Source of the DNA: Eledone cirrhosa
Taxonomy: Eukaryota
Direction: 5' to 3'
NCBI GenBank assembly: GCA_964016885.1
Contig: OZ024763.1
Location: 18,290,001-18,354,000 of the forward strand
DNA: 64,000 nucleotides
Made by a program: the position numbers and the translations under genes. The notes beneath the pieces were generated by a model. That model saw nothing but the letters and a program-made list of their open reading frames with translations, was not told the DNA's origin and searched no databases. Below, piece after piece: positions 1 through 15,105 of the stretch; the stretch's first letter is position 1, and every line of letters starts with the position of its first letter.

Positions 1-233
1 ACATGAATAGTTACTAAGCTTCTAGCTCGTTCAATTCCATGTCTTTATATACATATTTTTAAAAAAACCTTTTCCATCTTCTATCTCTATCACCATCACC
101 ACTTATTTCTTCGTCAATTCCCCCTTTCCTCGCATTCTTCTCTAGCTCGTCCATCTTGTCATTGTGTCCACCCCAAGCTCCTCTACTCCGACAAGCTCTT
201 TAACTTCGACCAAAGCTCTAGCTACAACTATGA

Positions 234-1127
234 CTATAACTCAAACACCTCCGATTCTTCCTTGATTGTCTTTAACGAGGGGTAAAATCCCAAAATGTTC
301 TTCTTCTGACATTTGCAGTTCAATCGCTTACACTTTTGTCTCACCAAATTTCTCCTCTGTGGAGAATTTATTTTATACCTACCGCACCTGGGACTACAAG
401 TAAAGGCATTTTTCTTGATACAGGCAAAAGACACCATGTTCTTCCGACAATCATTACACGTATACAAATTTCTTGAGCCCGAACCACACATAAAGTGACT
501 TCTTATAGTAGAAGTATATATCGTTAGATTTCTCTCCGAATAATTTCTAGCTAATAAATTTCTTCTGTTACGATTAGCTAACATACTGTAGCGGTTAGAA
601 CTATATGTTGAAAGAGTTTTGCAGCTGGGAGCATGAACTATCGATCTTTGCGAGCTCAAGTTATCTTCTGATGAAGATTCTTTATTAGTAACCCACGGCA
701 TCGACCTTCCTATGTTGTAGGTGTGTTGCAGCAACAAATCTATTTTGCTAGAGTTACCAGGAAACGAATGCCTTCTGCTGTTAATATCTGGCAAATGATT
801 TGCCTTGATCTTGCTAGACTCGGCCGAGTTCCGATTTCTCCCTTGTTGAACAATCACCTTTGTCGGATCGTTAGAATTATGACTACAACTTCTACAGGCA
901 GCGTACCATTTTGGAGAGATCACCTCTTCTGTTTTAACACAGGGGTCAGGGCCAACGGAATTATCCCAACAAAACGAGAACAACCTGCAACAACTGCGCT
1001 TGAGGCGGACAAAAGCGCTGGTCACACGTCGCATGTAACTTCTTTTGTTTATTTTAGTTATTACTGGAGATGATAATAATGGCGAAAAAGACGAAGACTG
1101 GTCAAACGGCAGAGACAACTGCGACAT
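234..1127 (-). CDS. Intronless 297-aa basic, Ser/Arg/Cys-rich ORF of unknown function (candidate orphan gene)
   Basis: 894-nt ORF in non-repetitive sequence of an AT-rich genome, AAAATG start context. No family recognised. C-terminus LKTIKEESEVFEL fits an LxxIxE motif. Confidence 0.55.
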   Translation of the reverse strand: MSQLSLPFDQSSSFSPLLSSPVITKINKRSYMRRVTSAFVRLKRSCCRLFSFCWDNSVGPDPCVKTEEVISPKWYAACRSCSHNSNDPTKVIVQQGRNRNSAESSKIKANHLPDINSRRHSFPGNSSKIDLLLQHTYNIGRSMPWVTNKESSSEDNLSSQRSIVHAPSCKTLSTYSSNRYSMLANRNRRNLLARNYSERNLTIYTSTIRSHFMCGSGSRNLYTCNDCRKNMVSFACIKKNAFTCSPRCGRYKINSPQRRNLVRQKCKRLNCKCQKKNILGFYPSLKTIKEESEVFEL

Positions 1128-1396
1128 TTTTTGTCTTGTCTTGTATTGTCTTACTTCCTTTTTTTGGTTCGTCTCACACTATTTTTTTAAATAAATAAGT
1201 AAATAAATAAATAAACAACAACAACAGAAACAATCGAAAAGTGATCGATAATTTCTTTTTTGGTCCTTCCCACACTAACTTACAAAATTAATCGAAAGAA
1301 AATCGAGAAAATGGTTAGGAACAATAAACTGAACTAACGAAGTTATTGGTCGATTGATTTAAGTAACAATATGATTGATATAAGTATTGGTTCACA

Positions 1397-1549
<153 letters not shown>

Positions 1550-1681
1550 TATTTAGATTTAGATTTAGATTTATATAAGTTTATATAAAACTATTTCTAA
1601 ATAGTTTTATATAAATATCAGCCGAAGATCGACTATTGAATTTAAACAAAGATATGAATTAGGTTAAATAAATAAATTAAA

Positions 1682-1752
<71 letters not shown>

Positions 1753-4544
1753 TATCAGAGAAATCCTCGAATGAATAGAGGAGGTGTGGAGTAAAACGAT
1801 AAAGTTATCAATTAAATAATTGATTAATAGAAATATATCGATTAATAAAAGGCAATAAGCGGCGCGGAGATGTAAAAACTGAAGGAAGCATGTAAAATTA
1901 CGATGAAAGAAGAAAGATTGAGATGACAGAATGAAAGAAGAGTTTACTATTATTATATCTTTATACAACTGGTTAACTTTGCCTTTCATCCTTACGGGGT
2001 CGATAAAATAAAGTACCAGTAATGCACTGGAATAATTGCTGGCTTTGTGCCAAAAGTAGAAACAATTATATCTTTATACAACTGTGAATAAAAACGCAAG
2101 ACTGGTGTAAATGTAAAAATTCACCCATAAAACAATATTTATAGTGAGACAAATGTGGTCTAAAATTATCTTAATAATCGGTGTATTTGTTTGTTAATTT
2201 CTTTCTACCCAATTTCAGTGTAACCCTCCACAATCTCAGTCTATTGTATTGTCCCTTTTTGTTGGCCCTTGTGGCAAAGAGAAAGAAATGATAATAATAA
2301 GTGGGTGAGAGAAGCAAGAATGGCCCGTATCAATGGGCATGCCTGGAACATGTGCCTGTAGTATTGAAGGACAACTGGGAGAGGGCGCTTGCCCTGGCAG
2401 TCAGGATGACCGTAGCTTTTGAGGGCTTTCTTCACGAATGATCCTTGAATTCTCCTCACCTTTGGGGAATTTGTTATGTTCGTTTTTTTTTAAAATGTTT
2501 ATTTGCTTAATTTGTTATAAATTATAGTTTACACAAAACCCCCCACACTGTGTCGTATTGTACCGTCTTTAATGTTTCCTTAATGTGAGCCCTATGAAAG
2601 GCTTATTATTATTTTTATGGCCTTAGTACCAGTAAAGAACTGGAGTCGATTTAATCAATTTTCCCCTCCCCCAAAATTGTTGGCCTTGTGCCTAAATCTG
2701 AAACCGATAAGTCCTTTGTAGTGTGTTAAAGACGTTCTGAGGAGTGACAACTTTACAACCCTTCCCACAGCTGCTTTGATCGGATTTATTTAATGTGGGG
2801 GACCAAAAGCAGGGAGGGTTTACTAACCTATCCCTTACTAAATCATCAGCTTTCTCCTTGGTCGGTTGGAGAAGATGGACGGGAAAATCCCTAAATATTT
2901 ATAAATGAGTTTTTTTTTGGGGGGGGGGGGTAACTTGGAATATGAATCAAATAGGTAAATGAAATGGTGAGAGACAGATCGATCAAGAAAAAGAATAAAC
3001 GAGACGGATGAATTAATGAATAATTGGATGTGTGGTTCACCCCTTCCTTATAAAAAAAATAGCTCAAAGTTTCCAAGATGAACCAATGTTTGAGAAGGTC
3101 AGATTCACCAAAGAAAAAAAACCTTAAACCCAGCTGCACTTTATAAGTCTATAAAATTTGTAGAGAAGTAATAGGGATTTTGTCTATCATTAACAAAATG
3201 TTATGGCAAGAAGATTTAAGCTGAACGAATGATAATGGGTTTAAAATGACCCAAACATGTCTACAATAAACCGTCATACGTATGTATGTATGTATGTATG
3301 TACGTACGTATGTGTGTATGTATGTATGTACGTACATATGTGTGTATGTATATACGTATGTATGTATGTACGTACGATGCGTGTATGTATGTACGTTCGT
3401 ATGTGAATGTATGTACGTGTATGTATGTATCTGTATATGTAAGTTAACACGGGAGAGCAATAGATTAAAGAAGAAAAGAAAGAAAAAAACCGTTAAGTAA
3501 TGGATGATATAAAGTTGACTAAAAGCTGACAATTGTATATATATAAATAAATCAGTTTAAATCAATACATAATCGATCAATCAATCACACAAACGCCAAA
3601 CACACACATAGGAAAAAATAAATTAAGAATAACGAAACTAAAGAAACAAAGAATCGCTAGACTAATAAAGTTACGAAGTAAATCGATTATCAATAAATCA
3701 CTCAATCATTCGATCAGACAAACGCATACATACAAAGTAAAAAAATATATATATAAAGAATAATAAATAACGAAAAAAAAAAGAAAGAAAGAACCGTTAG
3801 ACTGATAAAAATTATCAATAAATCGATGAAAGTAAATAAAGATATTACAAAAAGATTGGATCAAAAGTAAAATAGATCAATGTTGTTATATAAATATCAA
3901 CCTGAGATCGATATCGAAGCCCGAATTGAAAAGTTTTTGTTTGTTGTTAATTTTGGTAATCTTTAAAGATTTTCTAACGTCGTTTTTTTTTTATATAAGT
4001 AAATTTGTGACGTATTTTAAATTTTTATACATTCCAGTCTCTTCTTGCGCGTAGAATTGTTCTCTTTTACAGAACTTCTCAAGAACTGTTGATAAACACA
4101 CAAACATACACACACACATATATATATATATATACATACACACACAAACACATACATACACACATATATATATACATATATATACACACACATATATACA
4201 TACACACACAAACACATACATACACACACAAACACATACATACACACACACACACATATATATACACACACAAACACATACATACATACACACACACAAA
4301 CACATACATACATACACACACACATATATATATATAAACACACACACACACATATAATACGCCATATATATTTATACATACACACATATATAATACGCTA
4401 TGTCTTTATACATACACACACACATACAAAGACACATGGCGTGTATGTGTGCGTGCGTGTGTATGTTCGTGTGTCTATGTATATATATATGTATGTGGGT
4501 GTAAGTATGTCTCTATGCATATATGTGTCTATGTATCATCATCA

Positions 4545-4860
4545 TCATCATCATCATCATCACCGTTTTACGTCCGTTCTTCCACACTAGCATGGGTTAG
4601 ACGGGTTGTCCTGTTGTGTGCAGTGTCTGGTCGGCTGACCATGCCTTGCTCATACAGGAACTGATCTGGCTTGATTTCTACAGCTGGATGCCCTTCCTAA
4701 CCCCAACCTCATTTACAGTGAGTGCTGGGTGCTTTTTCGTGGCGCCTACACGTCCACTTTACAGTGTGGGCTGGGTGCTTTTCTGCCGTGGCACCTCCAC
4801 GTCCACTTTACAGTGTGGGCTGGGTGCTTTTCTGCCGTGGCACCTCCACGACCACCTTGC
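4545..4860 (-). mobile_element. SINE 3' part with (GAT)n tail and internal 48-bp repeats
   Basis: Shares ggatgcccttcctaacaccaacc and ccactttacagtgtgggctgggtgct blocks with copies at 8741, 9315, 28320, 35210 and 37040. Confidence 0.75.
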
Positions 4861-4984
4861 GGTGGGGGTTGTGGGGGCATATTGTTTATATGCTTCAGCA
4901 TGTACCCATGGGAGGTCGGGTACTCTGTATTACTCTGTATGTATGTGTATATATATAAGTGTATGTCTATGTATGCGTAGCGTG

Positions 4985-5300
4985 AAGGCGCAGGACTCTG
5001 TGGTTAGGATATTGGCCTCACTATCGTAAGGTTGTGAGTTCGATCCCTGGCGGTGCGTTGTGTTCTTGAACAAGACTCTTTACTTTACATCGTTCCAGTC
5101 CACTTAGCTGGCAAAAAAATTAAGTTGTAGCTCTAATTCGAATGAGCTTCCTTGTCACACTGTGTCAAGCCGAGTCTCCGAGAACTACATTAAAGGGTAC
5201 ACATATTTGTGGAATGCTCAGCCACTTGCACGTTAATTTCGCGAGCAGGCTGTCCCGTTGACCGCATCAACTGGAAGACTCATCGTCATAACTGACGGAG
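4985..5300 (+). mobile_element. tRNA-derived SINE
   Basis: A-box-like gtggttagg and B-box-like gagttcgatccc, then cttgaacaagac core. Similar copy at about 27980-28290. Confidence 0.7.
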
Positions 5301-5308
5301 TGCTTGTA

Positions 5309-5350
<42 letters not shown>

Positions 5351-5561
5351 TATATGTATGCATATATATATGTGTGTATGCATATAAATATATATATGGA
5401 TATATATATATATATATATGCACATATATATATATATATATATGCACATATATATATATATGCATGCATATATATATATATATATATGCATTCATATATA
5501 TATATACCTACATATATATATATATGCATTCATATATATATATACCTACATATATATATAT

Positions 5562-5592
<31 letters not shown>

Positions 5593-5760
5593 CATATCAT
5601 CATCATCATCATCATCAGGTTTAGCGTCCGTGTTCCACGCTTGCATGGGTTTGGACGGGGGTTTTCCCACTTGAGGCAAGAGTGGTTGTCTTGCTCGCAT
5701 AGGACTGTCTGGCGGGTTTTCTACAGTTGGATGCCCTTCCTAACACCAACCATATATACA

Positions 5761-5811
<51 letters not shown>

Positions 5812-5843
5812 ATATATATACATATATATATACATATATATAC

Positions 5844-5895
<52 letters not shown>

Positions 5896-6504
5896 GGTGG
5901 CTGCCAACTCGTTTTCGAGTACGGCCACTACTTTATATCCATGTAGGAGAACCCCTACCGATGCGCTAAACGAGTGTGACTTTTTAGTCCAGCCAGTGAC
6001 TTGAAAACTCTGGTACAAACACTACACTTGTGACAATTATTGACACATAGTGCTGGGCCCATGGTACCATGTGACGACAAGTGCAGAGAGATCTCCAGAT
6101 ATAAAGCAATGCCTGTGCCGTGAAGCTTTTATAGTGAGCAAAGGCACTGCACAAAGCCAGTCCCACTCTCTTAACCAAGATGATATTTACCAAAAAGAAG
6201 AACAAGTCAACATCATTGGATACCATCAGGGTTGCAGGTGTTATATCAGAGTTTTCCTTCTCCTAGAATTCTGCCTTGACAAAGGCTAAGGGGTCATCTC
6301 TCCCGGTGATTTTGGATGGCCATTGACTCTTAAGAGCTCCTTTGCCCTTTGACAGGTTTTGTTTTTAGTCCTGCAGGATGTCCAAAGTCACCCTCCTCAC
6401 CAAGAAGCCTTGGTGGGGTTGCCAGTTTAGTCGCCAACGACCCGACCATGAGACAGGTTGTACTGGGATACATGTTACCAGTAGCACCAACTGGTGACCT
6501 GACA

Positions 6505-7054
6505 ATATACATATATATATACACACACATATATATAAACATGCATATATATATATATATATACATATATATATACACACACATATATATAAACATGCAT
6601 ATATATATATATATACATATATATATACACACACATATATATATACATGCATATATATATTTATATATACATATATATATACACACACATATATATATAC
6701 ATGCATATATATATATATATATACATACATATATACACACACATATATATATATACATACATATATACACACACATATATATATACATACATATATACAC
6801 ACACATATATATATATGCATGCATATATATATTTATATATACATATATATATATATATACATGCATATATATATTTATATATATATATATATACATATAT
6901 ATATACATATATATACATATACATACATACATATATACATACATACACATATACATACATACACATATATATACATACATACATATATATACATACATAC
7001 ATATATATATACATATATATACATATATATATATACATACATATATATATATAC

Positions 7055-7137
<83 letters not shown>

Positions 7138-7305
7138 CATATATATACATACATATATATATATACATACATATATACATGCATATATATATACACATGC
7201 ATATATATAATCATATATATACACATATATATATATATACATGCTTATATATATATATATACATGCATATATATATATATACATGCATATATATATATAC
7301 ATAGA

Positions 7306-7374
<69 letters not shown>

Positions 7375-7445
7375 GCATATATATATGTATACATGCATAT
7401 ATATATATACATATATACGTGCATATATATATATACATACATGCA
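6505..7445. repeat. Long degenerate (AT)/(ATAC)/(ATGC) microsatellite
   Basis: Directly visible. Source of many spurious IY-rich ORFs. Confidence 0.95.
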
Positions 7446-8486
7446 TTATGCCCTTGAGCAAGACACTTTATTTCACGTTGCTCCTTCTATCTGGAGTTGC
7501 GACCGATAGATAGTATTAGCAATTGGAAAGACCAACGGAAACATTGATTCCTCGATCCGATTTGACGAAAGTCGATCGTTCCTTTTTTTTTTATACATGC
7601 CCATATATATATATATATATACACATGCATATATATATATATATATATATGGCAACTTCTTTTCCCGTCTCTAAGAGTCTTCACCATAAGTTATAGCACA
7701 CTATTTCTTGTTCAAATGCCGCCGAGGTTAACTTTGCCTTTCATCCTTTCGGGGTCTATAAAATAAAGTACCAGTAATGCACTGGCATAATTTCTGGCCT
7801 TGTGCCAAAAGTAGAAACAATTATTCCTTGTCGTAACTTGGTAATACAAAATAATTTCAGGGGAAATAACTCTGCGCTTCCTGACTTAAATGGAAGCCAT
7901 TGCACGATGTCTCAACCTGCTAGAAATAGCAGCCATGAGTTATTTATCAGAGGGTCAGCTGAAAAGTTTATAGATGAACTATGAACGAGTGATGCTAGAG
8001 CTGTGAAATTTTGCTTGCACTAATTTCAACTCTTCTTATTAATAACTGCATTGTTTCTCTGCAGGGACTGTGCTGAAAAATAAACCACATTTGGTCATTC
8101 CATGAGAGTATCTTTGCCAGCTCTGAACCTTTCAGCCAATACATAAGTTCATAGGCTGACTAAGGAGTGATGCTGAAGATGTGAAATTTTGCATGCATTA
8201 ATTTCAATTCTTCTTATTAATAACTACAGTTTCTTTTCAGGAATTATGGTGAATAATAAACCCCATTTGGTCATTCCATGAGAGTATCTTGACCAGTAAA
8301 TGAAGGAGTGATGCAAGAGCTGTTTGTATAAATATATATATATATATTTTATCTTGACTCTGTATTCCGTTTATCTTTCACCGAAAGTGATTTTTGAATG
8401 CATCTCTTCTTTCCATGATATCCGGATTACATTGAGTTCTTCATACGGATTGGACACTACCGTAAACTCTTGGTAGATTTATCTAC

Positions 8487-8523
<37 letters not shown>

Positions 8524-8740
8524 TTATAAATAATAATCAAAGAGTGTTTAAAAGACAAATATTATAACCTTTATTATATACTCCAATGATTCCAGCCTTG
8601 TGCTGAATAAATGTTTTAAACACTTTTTGATTGTTTTTTACATTGAGCTATTCTCTTACTTCTAACTGGATATTTAATATTACCCACATTATATATATAT
8701 ATATATATGTTCAGATTTGTTTGGTGGTCTTATTTGCAAC

Positions 8741-9120
8741 ATCATCACCGTTTTACGTCTGTTCTTCCACGCTAGCATGGGTTAGACAGGTTGTCCTGTT
8801 GTGAGCAGTGTCCGGTCAGCTGACCATGTCTTGCTCATAAGATTCTGGCTTGATTTCTATAGCTGGATACCCTTCCTAACACCAACCTTATTTACAGTGC
8901 GTGCTGGGTGCTTTTTTGCCGTGGCACCTCCACGACCACTTTGCAGTGGAATGGTAGGGACCAGTCCCTATCATCTCATTTCTACAGCTGAGTAAACTGG
9001 AGCAATAGCAATGTGAAATTAAGTGTCTTGCTCAAGGAAACAACACATCATCCGGTCTGCGAATTGAACTCACAACCTTTCGATTGCAAGCCCAATGCTC
9101 TAACCAGTAAGCCATGTGCA
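8741..9120 (-). mobile_element. tRNA-derived SINE, near full length
   Basis: Reverse complement of the 35210-35530 element: head ggcttactggttagagc, B-box gagttcaattc, (GAT)n tail. Confidence 0.8.
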
Positions 9121-10669
9121 TATATATATATATATCTATTGATTTATAAACTCACAATAGTCCCTTATAATCAAATTACCTCAAGGAATAAAAATGTTGC
9201 CACTATATGATGGTGGGTTTGTATATCTCTTCATCCCTTTGAGTTCTGTGAACCGTACTATTTTTGTCATTATTTTCTTCACCCTGGCAGTTTGTCTCCT
9301 GTGATTTGAACACATCATCATCACCGTTTTACGTCCGTTCTTCCACGCTAGCATGGGTTAGACGGGTTGTCCTGTTGTGTGCAGTGTCTGGTTGGCTGAC
9401 CATACCTTGCTCATACAGGAACTGATCTGGCTTGATTTCTACAGCTGGATGCCCTTCCCAACACCAACCTCATTTACAGTGAGTGCTGGGTGCTTTTTTG
9501 CCGTGGCACCTCCACGACCACCTTGCATATAGTTATATATGTATGTATGAATGTACATTCATACATACATTGCTAATTCAGAGCACCAATACTAATATAT
9601 ACATATTTAATAGAAAAAGTGAGGAAGTTTCATTTACATATGAAAAATATTTATTTTGCATCGACCCGTTACGCGCGTTTTGCAGAGGATTGGCCAAGGT
9701 GACCTATAGGAGTTATGGACCTGACTCCAGTATCTATCTGCTCCTCAGACTGGTGATATGACAAAAGATATATTTTTGTTGTGCATAACAGGTCGATACG
9801 CAATAAATATTTTTTATATGTAAATGAAACTTCCTCGCTTTTTCTTTAATATACACTGTCTGTACTACCTACACACTATATATATAATGTAATGTATATG
9901 TAGTATGTATACATTTTTTGGAAGATTCTGTATATTCTATACATATACTCTTTACACACTATATATACGCTATATATGTTGTTGTTCAAGGGAAAGGCAA
10001 AAGCAGATAGTTTAGCACCAGTGTTATCACAAACTCAGTGAGCTGGAGCAACATAAAAATAAAGTCTCTTGCTCAAAGATGTTAAACTTTACCTAGACCT
10101 AATTGAATTCCTGATTGCAAGCCCAATACCGTAACCACTAAGCCATGCACCTTCACAATAAAAATAATAATTGTTTCTACTTTTGGCACTAGGCCTGCAA
10201 TTACCCATTACATTACTGGTACTTTATTTTATCGACCCCGTAAGGATTAACACTTTAGCATTTACATCAAACTATACTTATTTTCTATATTTTCCTGGTA
10301 AACACTTTATTTCTCATAATTATCTCACACAATATCGAATCTATGAAATTTTGATATTATTTATTTTGAGAACAATACCTTATGAGCAGCTGGTTATGAC
10401 TGGTTTAAATCTTTAGCATTTAAACCGGCTGTATCTGGCCAGAATTCTCACACCTCTTTCTGTTCAAACTGGCTGCTTATACCAATGTTAAGGTATTGTT
10501 CTCAAAATAATTAATATCAACATCTCATAGATTCGATATAATGAGAGATAATTATGCGAGGTAAAGCCTTTACCATGAAAATATAATAGTAAATATAGAG
10601 TAATGTAAATGCTAAAGGGTTAAACAGAAAGAGGTGACAGAATTCTGGCCGGATTAAATGCTAAAGGGT

Positions 10670-11870
10670 TAAAATAAAGTTTTGTATCATAGAACCAGGG
10701 GTGTTTGGAACCTAACTTAACAAAGGTTCTTACATAAAATTAAGAGGTTTTTAGATGAATATATATAATTTAAAATAAAGTTTTGTATCATAGAACCATG
10801 AGTGTTTGGAACATAACTTAATATAGATTCTTACATAAAATTATGATGGAAGGTTTTTAGATAATAAACATTTTAAAATAAAGTTTTCTATCAAAGAGCC
10901 AGGGGGTGTTTGGAACATAACTTAAAGGTTTTTACATAAATACATATACTTTAAAATAGAGTGTTCTATCATAGAAGAAGGAGCGTTTGGAACAACTTAA
11001 CATAGATTCTTACATAAAATTATGATGGAAGGTTTTTAGATAAATATAAACACTTTAAAATAAACCTTTTTGTATCATTGAAGCATGGATGTTTGGAACA
11101 CAACAAAGATTCTTACATAAAATTATGAGAGAAGGTTTTTAGATAAAGAATCAGAGCTTTTTAGAACATAACTTAACATAGATTCTTACATAAAATTATG
11201 AGAGGTTTTTAGATAGAGAATCAGGGCTTTTTGGAACATAACTTAACATAGATTCTTACATAAAATTATGAGAGGTTTTTAGATAGAGAATCAGGGCTTT
11301 TTAGAACATAACTTAACATAGATTCTTACATAAAATTATGAGAGAACGTTTTTAGATAAAGAGAATCAGGGCTTTTTAGAACATAACTTAACATAGATTC
11401 TTACATAAAATTATGAGAGAAGGTTTAGAGATAAAGAGAATCAGGGCTTTTTAGAACATAACTTAACATAGATTCTTACATAAAATTATGAGAGAAGATT
11501 TTTAGATAGAGAATCAGGGCTTTTTAGAACATAACTTAACATAGATTCTTACATAAAATTATGAGAGAAGATTTTTAGATAGAGAATCAGGGCTTTTTAG
11601 AACATAACTTAACATAGATTCTTACATAAAATTATGAGAGAAGGTTTTTAGATAAAGAGAATCAGGGCTTTTTAGAACATAACTTAACATAGATTCTTAC
11701 ATAAAATTATGAGAGAAGATTTTTAGATAGAGAATCAGGGCTTTTTAGAACATAACTTAACATAGATTCTTACATAAAATTATGAGAGAAGGTTTTTAGA
11801 TAAAGAGAATCAGGGCTTTTTAGAACATAACTTAACAGATTCTTACATAAAATTATGATGGAAGATTTTA
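10670..11870. repeat. Minisatellite, about 69-75 bp unit (homogeneous 11150-11860; older, longer degenerate units to the left)
   Basis: Recurrent gaacataacttaacatagattcttacataaaattatgag. Confidence 0.9.
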
Positions 11871-12351
11871 AAATATATGTAAACTGTTTTGTATCATCGA
11901 ATGGTAGCCGGTTTCAGGTGGTTTGGTGTCAAAGGGGGTTACCAATAACAATCTTAACTCCTGGATTACTCCACAACAGATGACAAACTAGGTTCTGCCA
12001 TTGAGTATAGCCACAGCAAAAACAACCAGACTCTAAAGAGAAGATGATGATGATGATGGTGATGATGATGGTGGTGGTGGTAGTGATGGTGGTGGTTATG
12101 ATGATGATGATAGTGGTGGTGGTGGTGGTAATAAATAATAATAATAATAATGAAAATATTGTGTACAGTGCTCAGGTGCACTACAACTCATCAAAAAGTG
12201 TATGTATAGTACATAGGGTAATGTACAAACATCAGGAAAATGAACAGTGCATGAGTCATGATATACACGTGTGCATGTGTATGGAAGGGGTACATCAGGT
12301 GTAGTTTTGGCGAATTTTGGGAAGCATGAGGGTTTTAAAGGATGCAGTGTC

Positions 12352-15103
12352 TCAGCAGCTAACAACTGACGCAGGCAGTTTGTTCCATGCTTCAGCAACT
12401 CTGAGCGTGAAAAAATGTTTCCGAAAGTCATGGGAGCTGTGCTGTTTTCTGACTTTGTAGGCATGTCCACGTGTGTTAGACACATGGAGATCAAAAAGGT
12501 GCTCAGGGTTGTTGGCGAGATGGTTAATAATTTTGTGGGTGTTCACCAAGTCAGTTGCCAGACGTCGGAGCTTCAATGTATCCATACCCAGGGAAGCGGG
12601 GAGTTCAGAGTATGGTAGGTGTCTGATGGAGAGTATGCGCTTGGCTGCACGTCTCTGAACAGTTTCCAGGAGGTCAATGTTCTGAGCAAGATAGGGGTCC
12701 CAGACTGATGATGCGGATTCCAAGTGTGGTCGTACCATAGCTGTATACAGCTTTAAATAGATGGCTGGAGAGCGGCTAACAAAGGTCTTGCTGAGTGATG
12801 CCAAAACACCCTCGGCCTTCTTGACAATCTTAGAGACATGCTTTGTCCAATGCAAATCACTGCTGACAGTAATGCCCAGGTCACGTTCACAAGAGGACTT
12901 CTTGATATCAGTGTTGTAGAGGGAGTATGTGGATGCTGGATTTTTCCTCCCAAAATGCATGGTGGTACACTTGTCCACAGCCAGCTTCAGTTGCCAGTCT
13001 GTGATCCATTGCTGCATTGTGTCCAGGTCTGATTGTAGGAAAGAGTTGTAGATTTCAGGATCAGTCCTTTTGATTTCAAGGTACAGCTTGATGTCATCTG
13101 CATATTTCAGTACCGTGGCATTCTTTAAGTTGGCATCTGTCATTAATATATGCCACAAACAAAAGGGACCAAGAACAGATCCCTGTGGTACACCAGATGA
13201 CATCTCAAATGGTAAAGAATGCTGTCCTAGAACCGTGACTACCTCTTTTCGGCTGAGAATGAAGGATTTCAACCAGTCGAAAATATCATCCCTCACACCC
13301 ATTGCAGAGAGTTTTGCCATAAGTCTTTTGTGTGGCACAGAATTAAAAGCCTTAGCGAAGTCAAGGTAAACAACATCCACCCATGAGCTGCTGTCAGTGA
13401 TCCGGGTAATGTCTTCAAGGAACTTGATAAGCTGATCACAGCAGCTGGAGTTAGTGATAAATCCAAACTGCGAGGGCCGGATGAGGCTGTGAGAGCTCCA
13501 GAAGTTCCAAAGTGTTTCTCTGACACAGGATTCCCTCAGTTTGGCAATACAGCTAGTAAGACTGACTGGACGATAGTTGACAGGTGACGTGCGGTCACCC
13601 TTTTTGAACAGGGGAATGACACTGGCAGTTTTCCACTGCTCCGGAGTAGCACCATTGAAAGAAGAAAGAAAGCTGGTGCAAAAGGAAGTACCCGCCACAT
13701 TTGAGAAGCAGGTATGTAACACCATCAAGACCAGGGGAGGCATAGTTGCGCTTATTCTTTAGGTGATGTCGCAACATTGCAGGTGTAAATTCCATAGTTC
13801 TTATTGAATATGATGTTAGAGATGGTGGAGATGGTACATTCTGGTTTTCAACAGTAAAAATGCTTGCATAGCACTCAGCAATGAGTTCTGCGCATTCTTT
13901 GGGATCGTCAGTGATCTGGCTTGTGAGGGGATTGCGAAGAGGACCAACTGGAGAGTGATGTCTCTGCTTTGAATGAACATATTTCCAGAACACCTTACTG
14001 TCAGGATTGGTTGCTATGCACTGTTCAAATTCAAGCACTGCCTTTTTTATTACTTGCTTGAGATGGTTGGAAGATTTATTCCGCTTTTTTCTGTTGGCAT
14101 CTGATTTATGCAGTTTATATTCCCGTTCAGCGTTCCGATGTTCTTTCCTGGCAAGTCGGACCGCTGAAGTTTCCCAAATTGCACTTTTGGGGTGGGTTTT
14201 TTTCTGCTTACGTGGCATCGATGCTGCACACGCTATCCATATTGAGTCCAGGATGCTCTGGAGTATAGTGTTCACATCTCCAGAGTTATAGAACTCATGC
14301 CAATTTGGGCGCTGTAGCTCAGTGCAGTACAACTTCCAATCTGCTTTCTTCCAATCAAAGCAAGCAGATTGGAGATGGTTCTGGTTTTTGTTGCTGCCCG
14401 CAAGAGCCAGATTGGCAATGATCACAGCATGATCAGAGTCGCTTAGAAGTTCCTCAGTAGTACAACTGATAACCACTTCAGGAGTAGTGGTGAAGATCAG
14501 GTCCAAAGTGTTGTCACCTCTTGTTGGAGAGGTGACTACTTGTGACCAGTTGAGTCCAGCACTAGCTCAAGGAAATTGTTTGCACTTTGTGGCCAACGAA
14601 AGGTTTCCCAATCGATCTCAGGATGATTGAAGTCACCTGCAATAAACACATAAGTGGCTGTTTTCCTGGCAGCAGCTCTGAGGATATCGCAAAGCTGTGT
14701 GTCCTGATGGTAGTTTGGAGGGCGATAAACAACACCAAGCAGAAGTGTTGACATTGTCATACGTATGTCACAAAAAAAAAATTCGTTCAAATCAACGCAA
14801 GGAATTACCGAAAAGTTTGAACAAACGTAAACCATCACGACGATTAATGCGGTCCTTGCGGAAAAGGTTCTACCCAGTAATGCTGAAAACCCCATCACAG
14901 AGTAAGGAATGTGCCCAGGTTTCCGTGACTGTGATGAAGTCAGGGTCGATGCTTCTGACGTAGGAGTTAAACAGATGTATCTTATTGCATAAACTGCGAG
15001 CATTTAAGAACAACAATTTGTACCCTGCTTGCAGCTTACATGGTGTGTAGAGGGTGGCAGGTTGTTCTGGTTTAGTTTCCCAGAGTTGTTGCAGTTTTTT
15101 CAT
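12352..15103 (-). pseudogene. LINE ORF2 (endonuclease-reverse transcriptase), split by stops and frameshifts
   Basis: Colinear fragments 15103-14870, 15003-14536, 14506-13595 and 13743-12352 in different frames. Confidence 0.92.
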
Positions 15104-15105
15104 TG

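Noticed and set aside
3149-7687. Many ORFs rich in IY/YI/CV/HT dipeptides
   Set aside because: Translations of (AT)n, (AC)n and (ATAC)n microsatellites, open in several frames on both strands.
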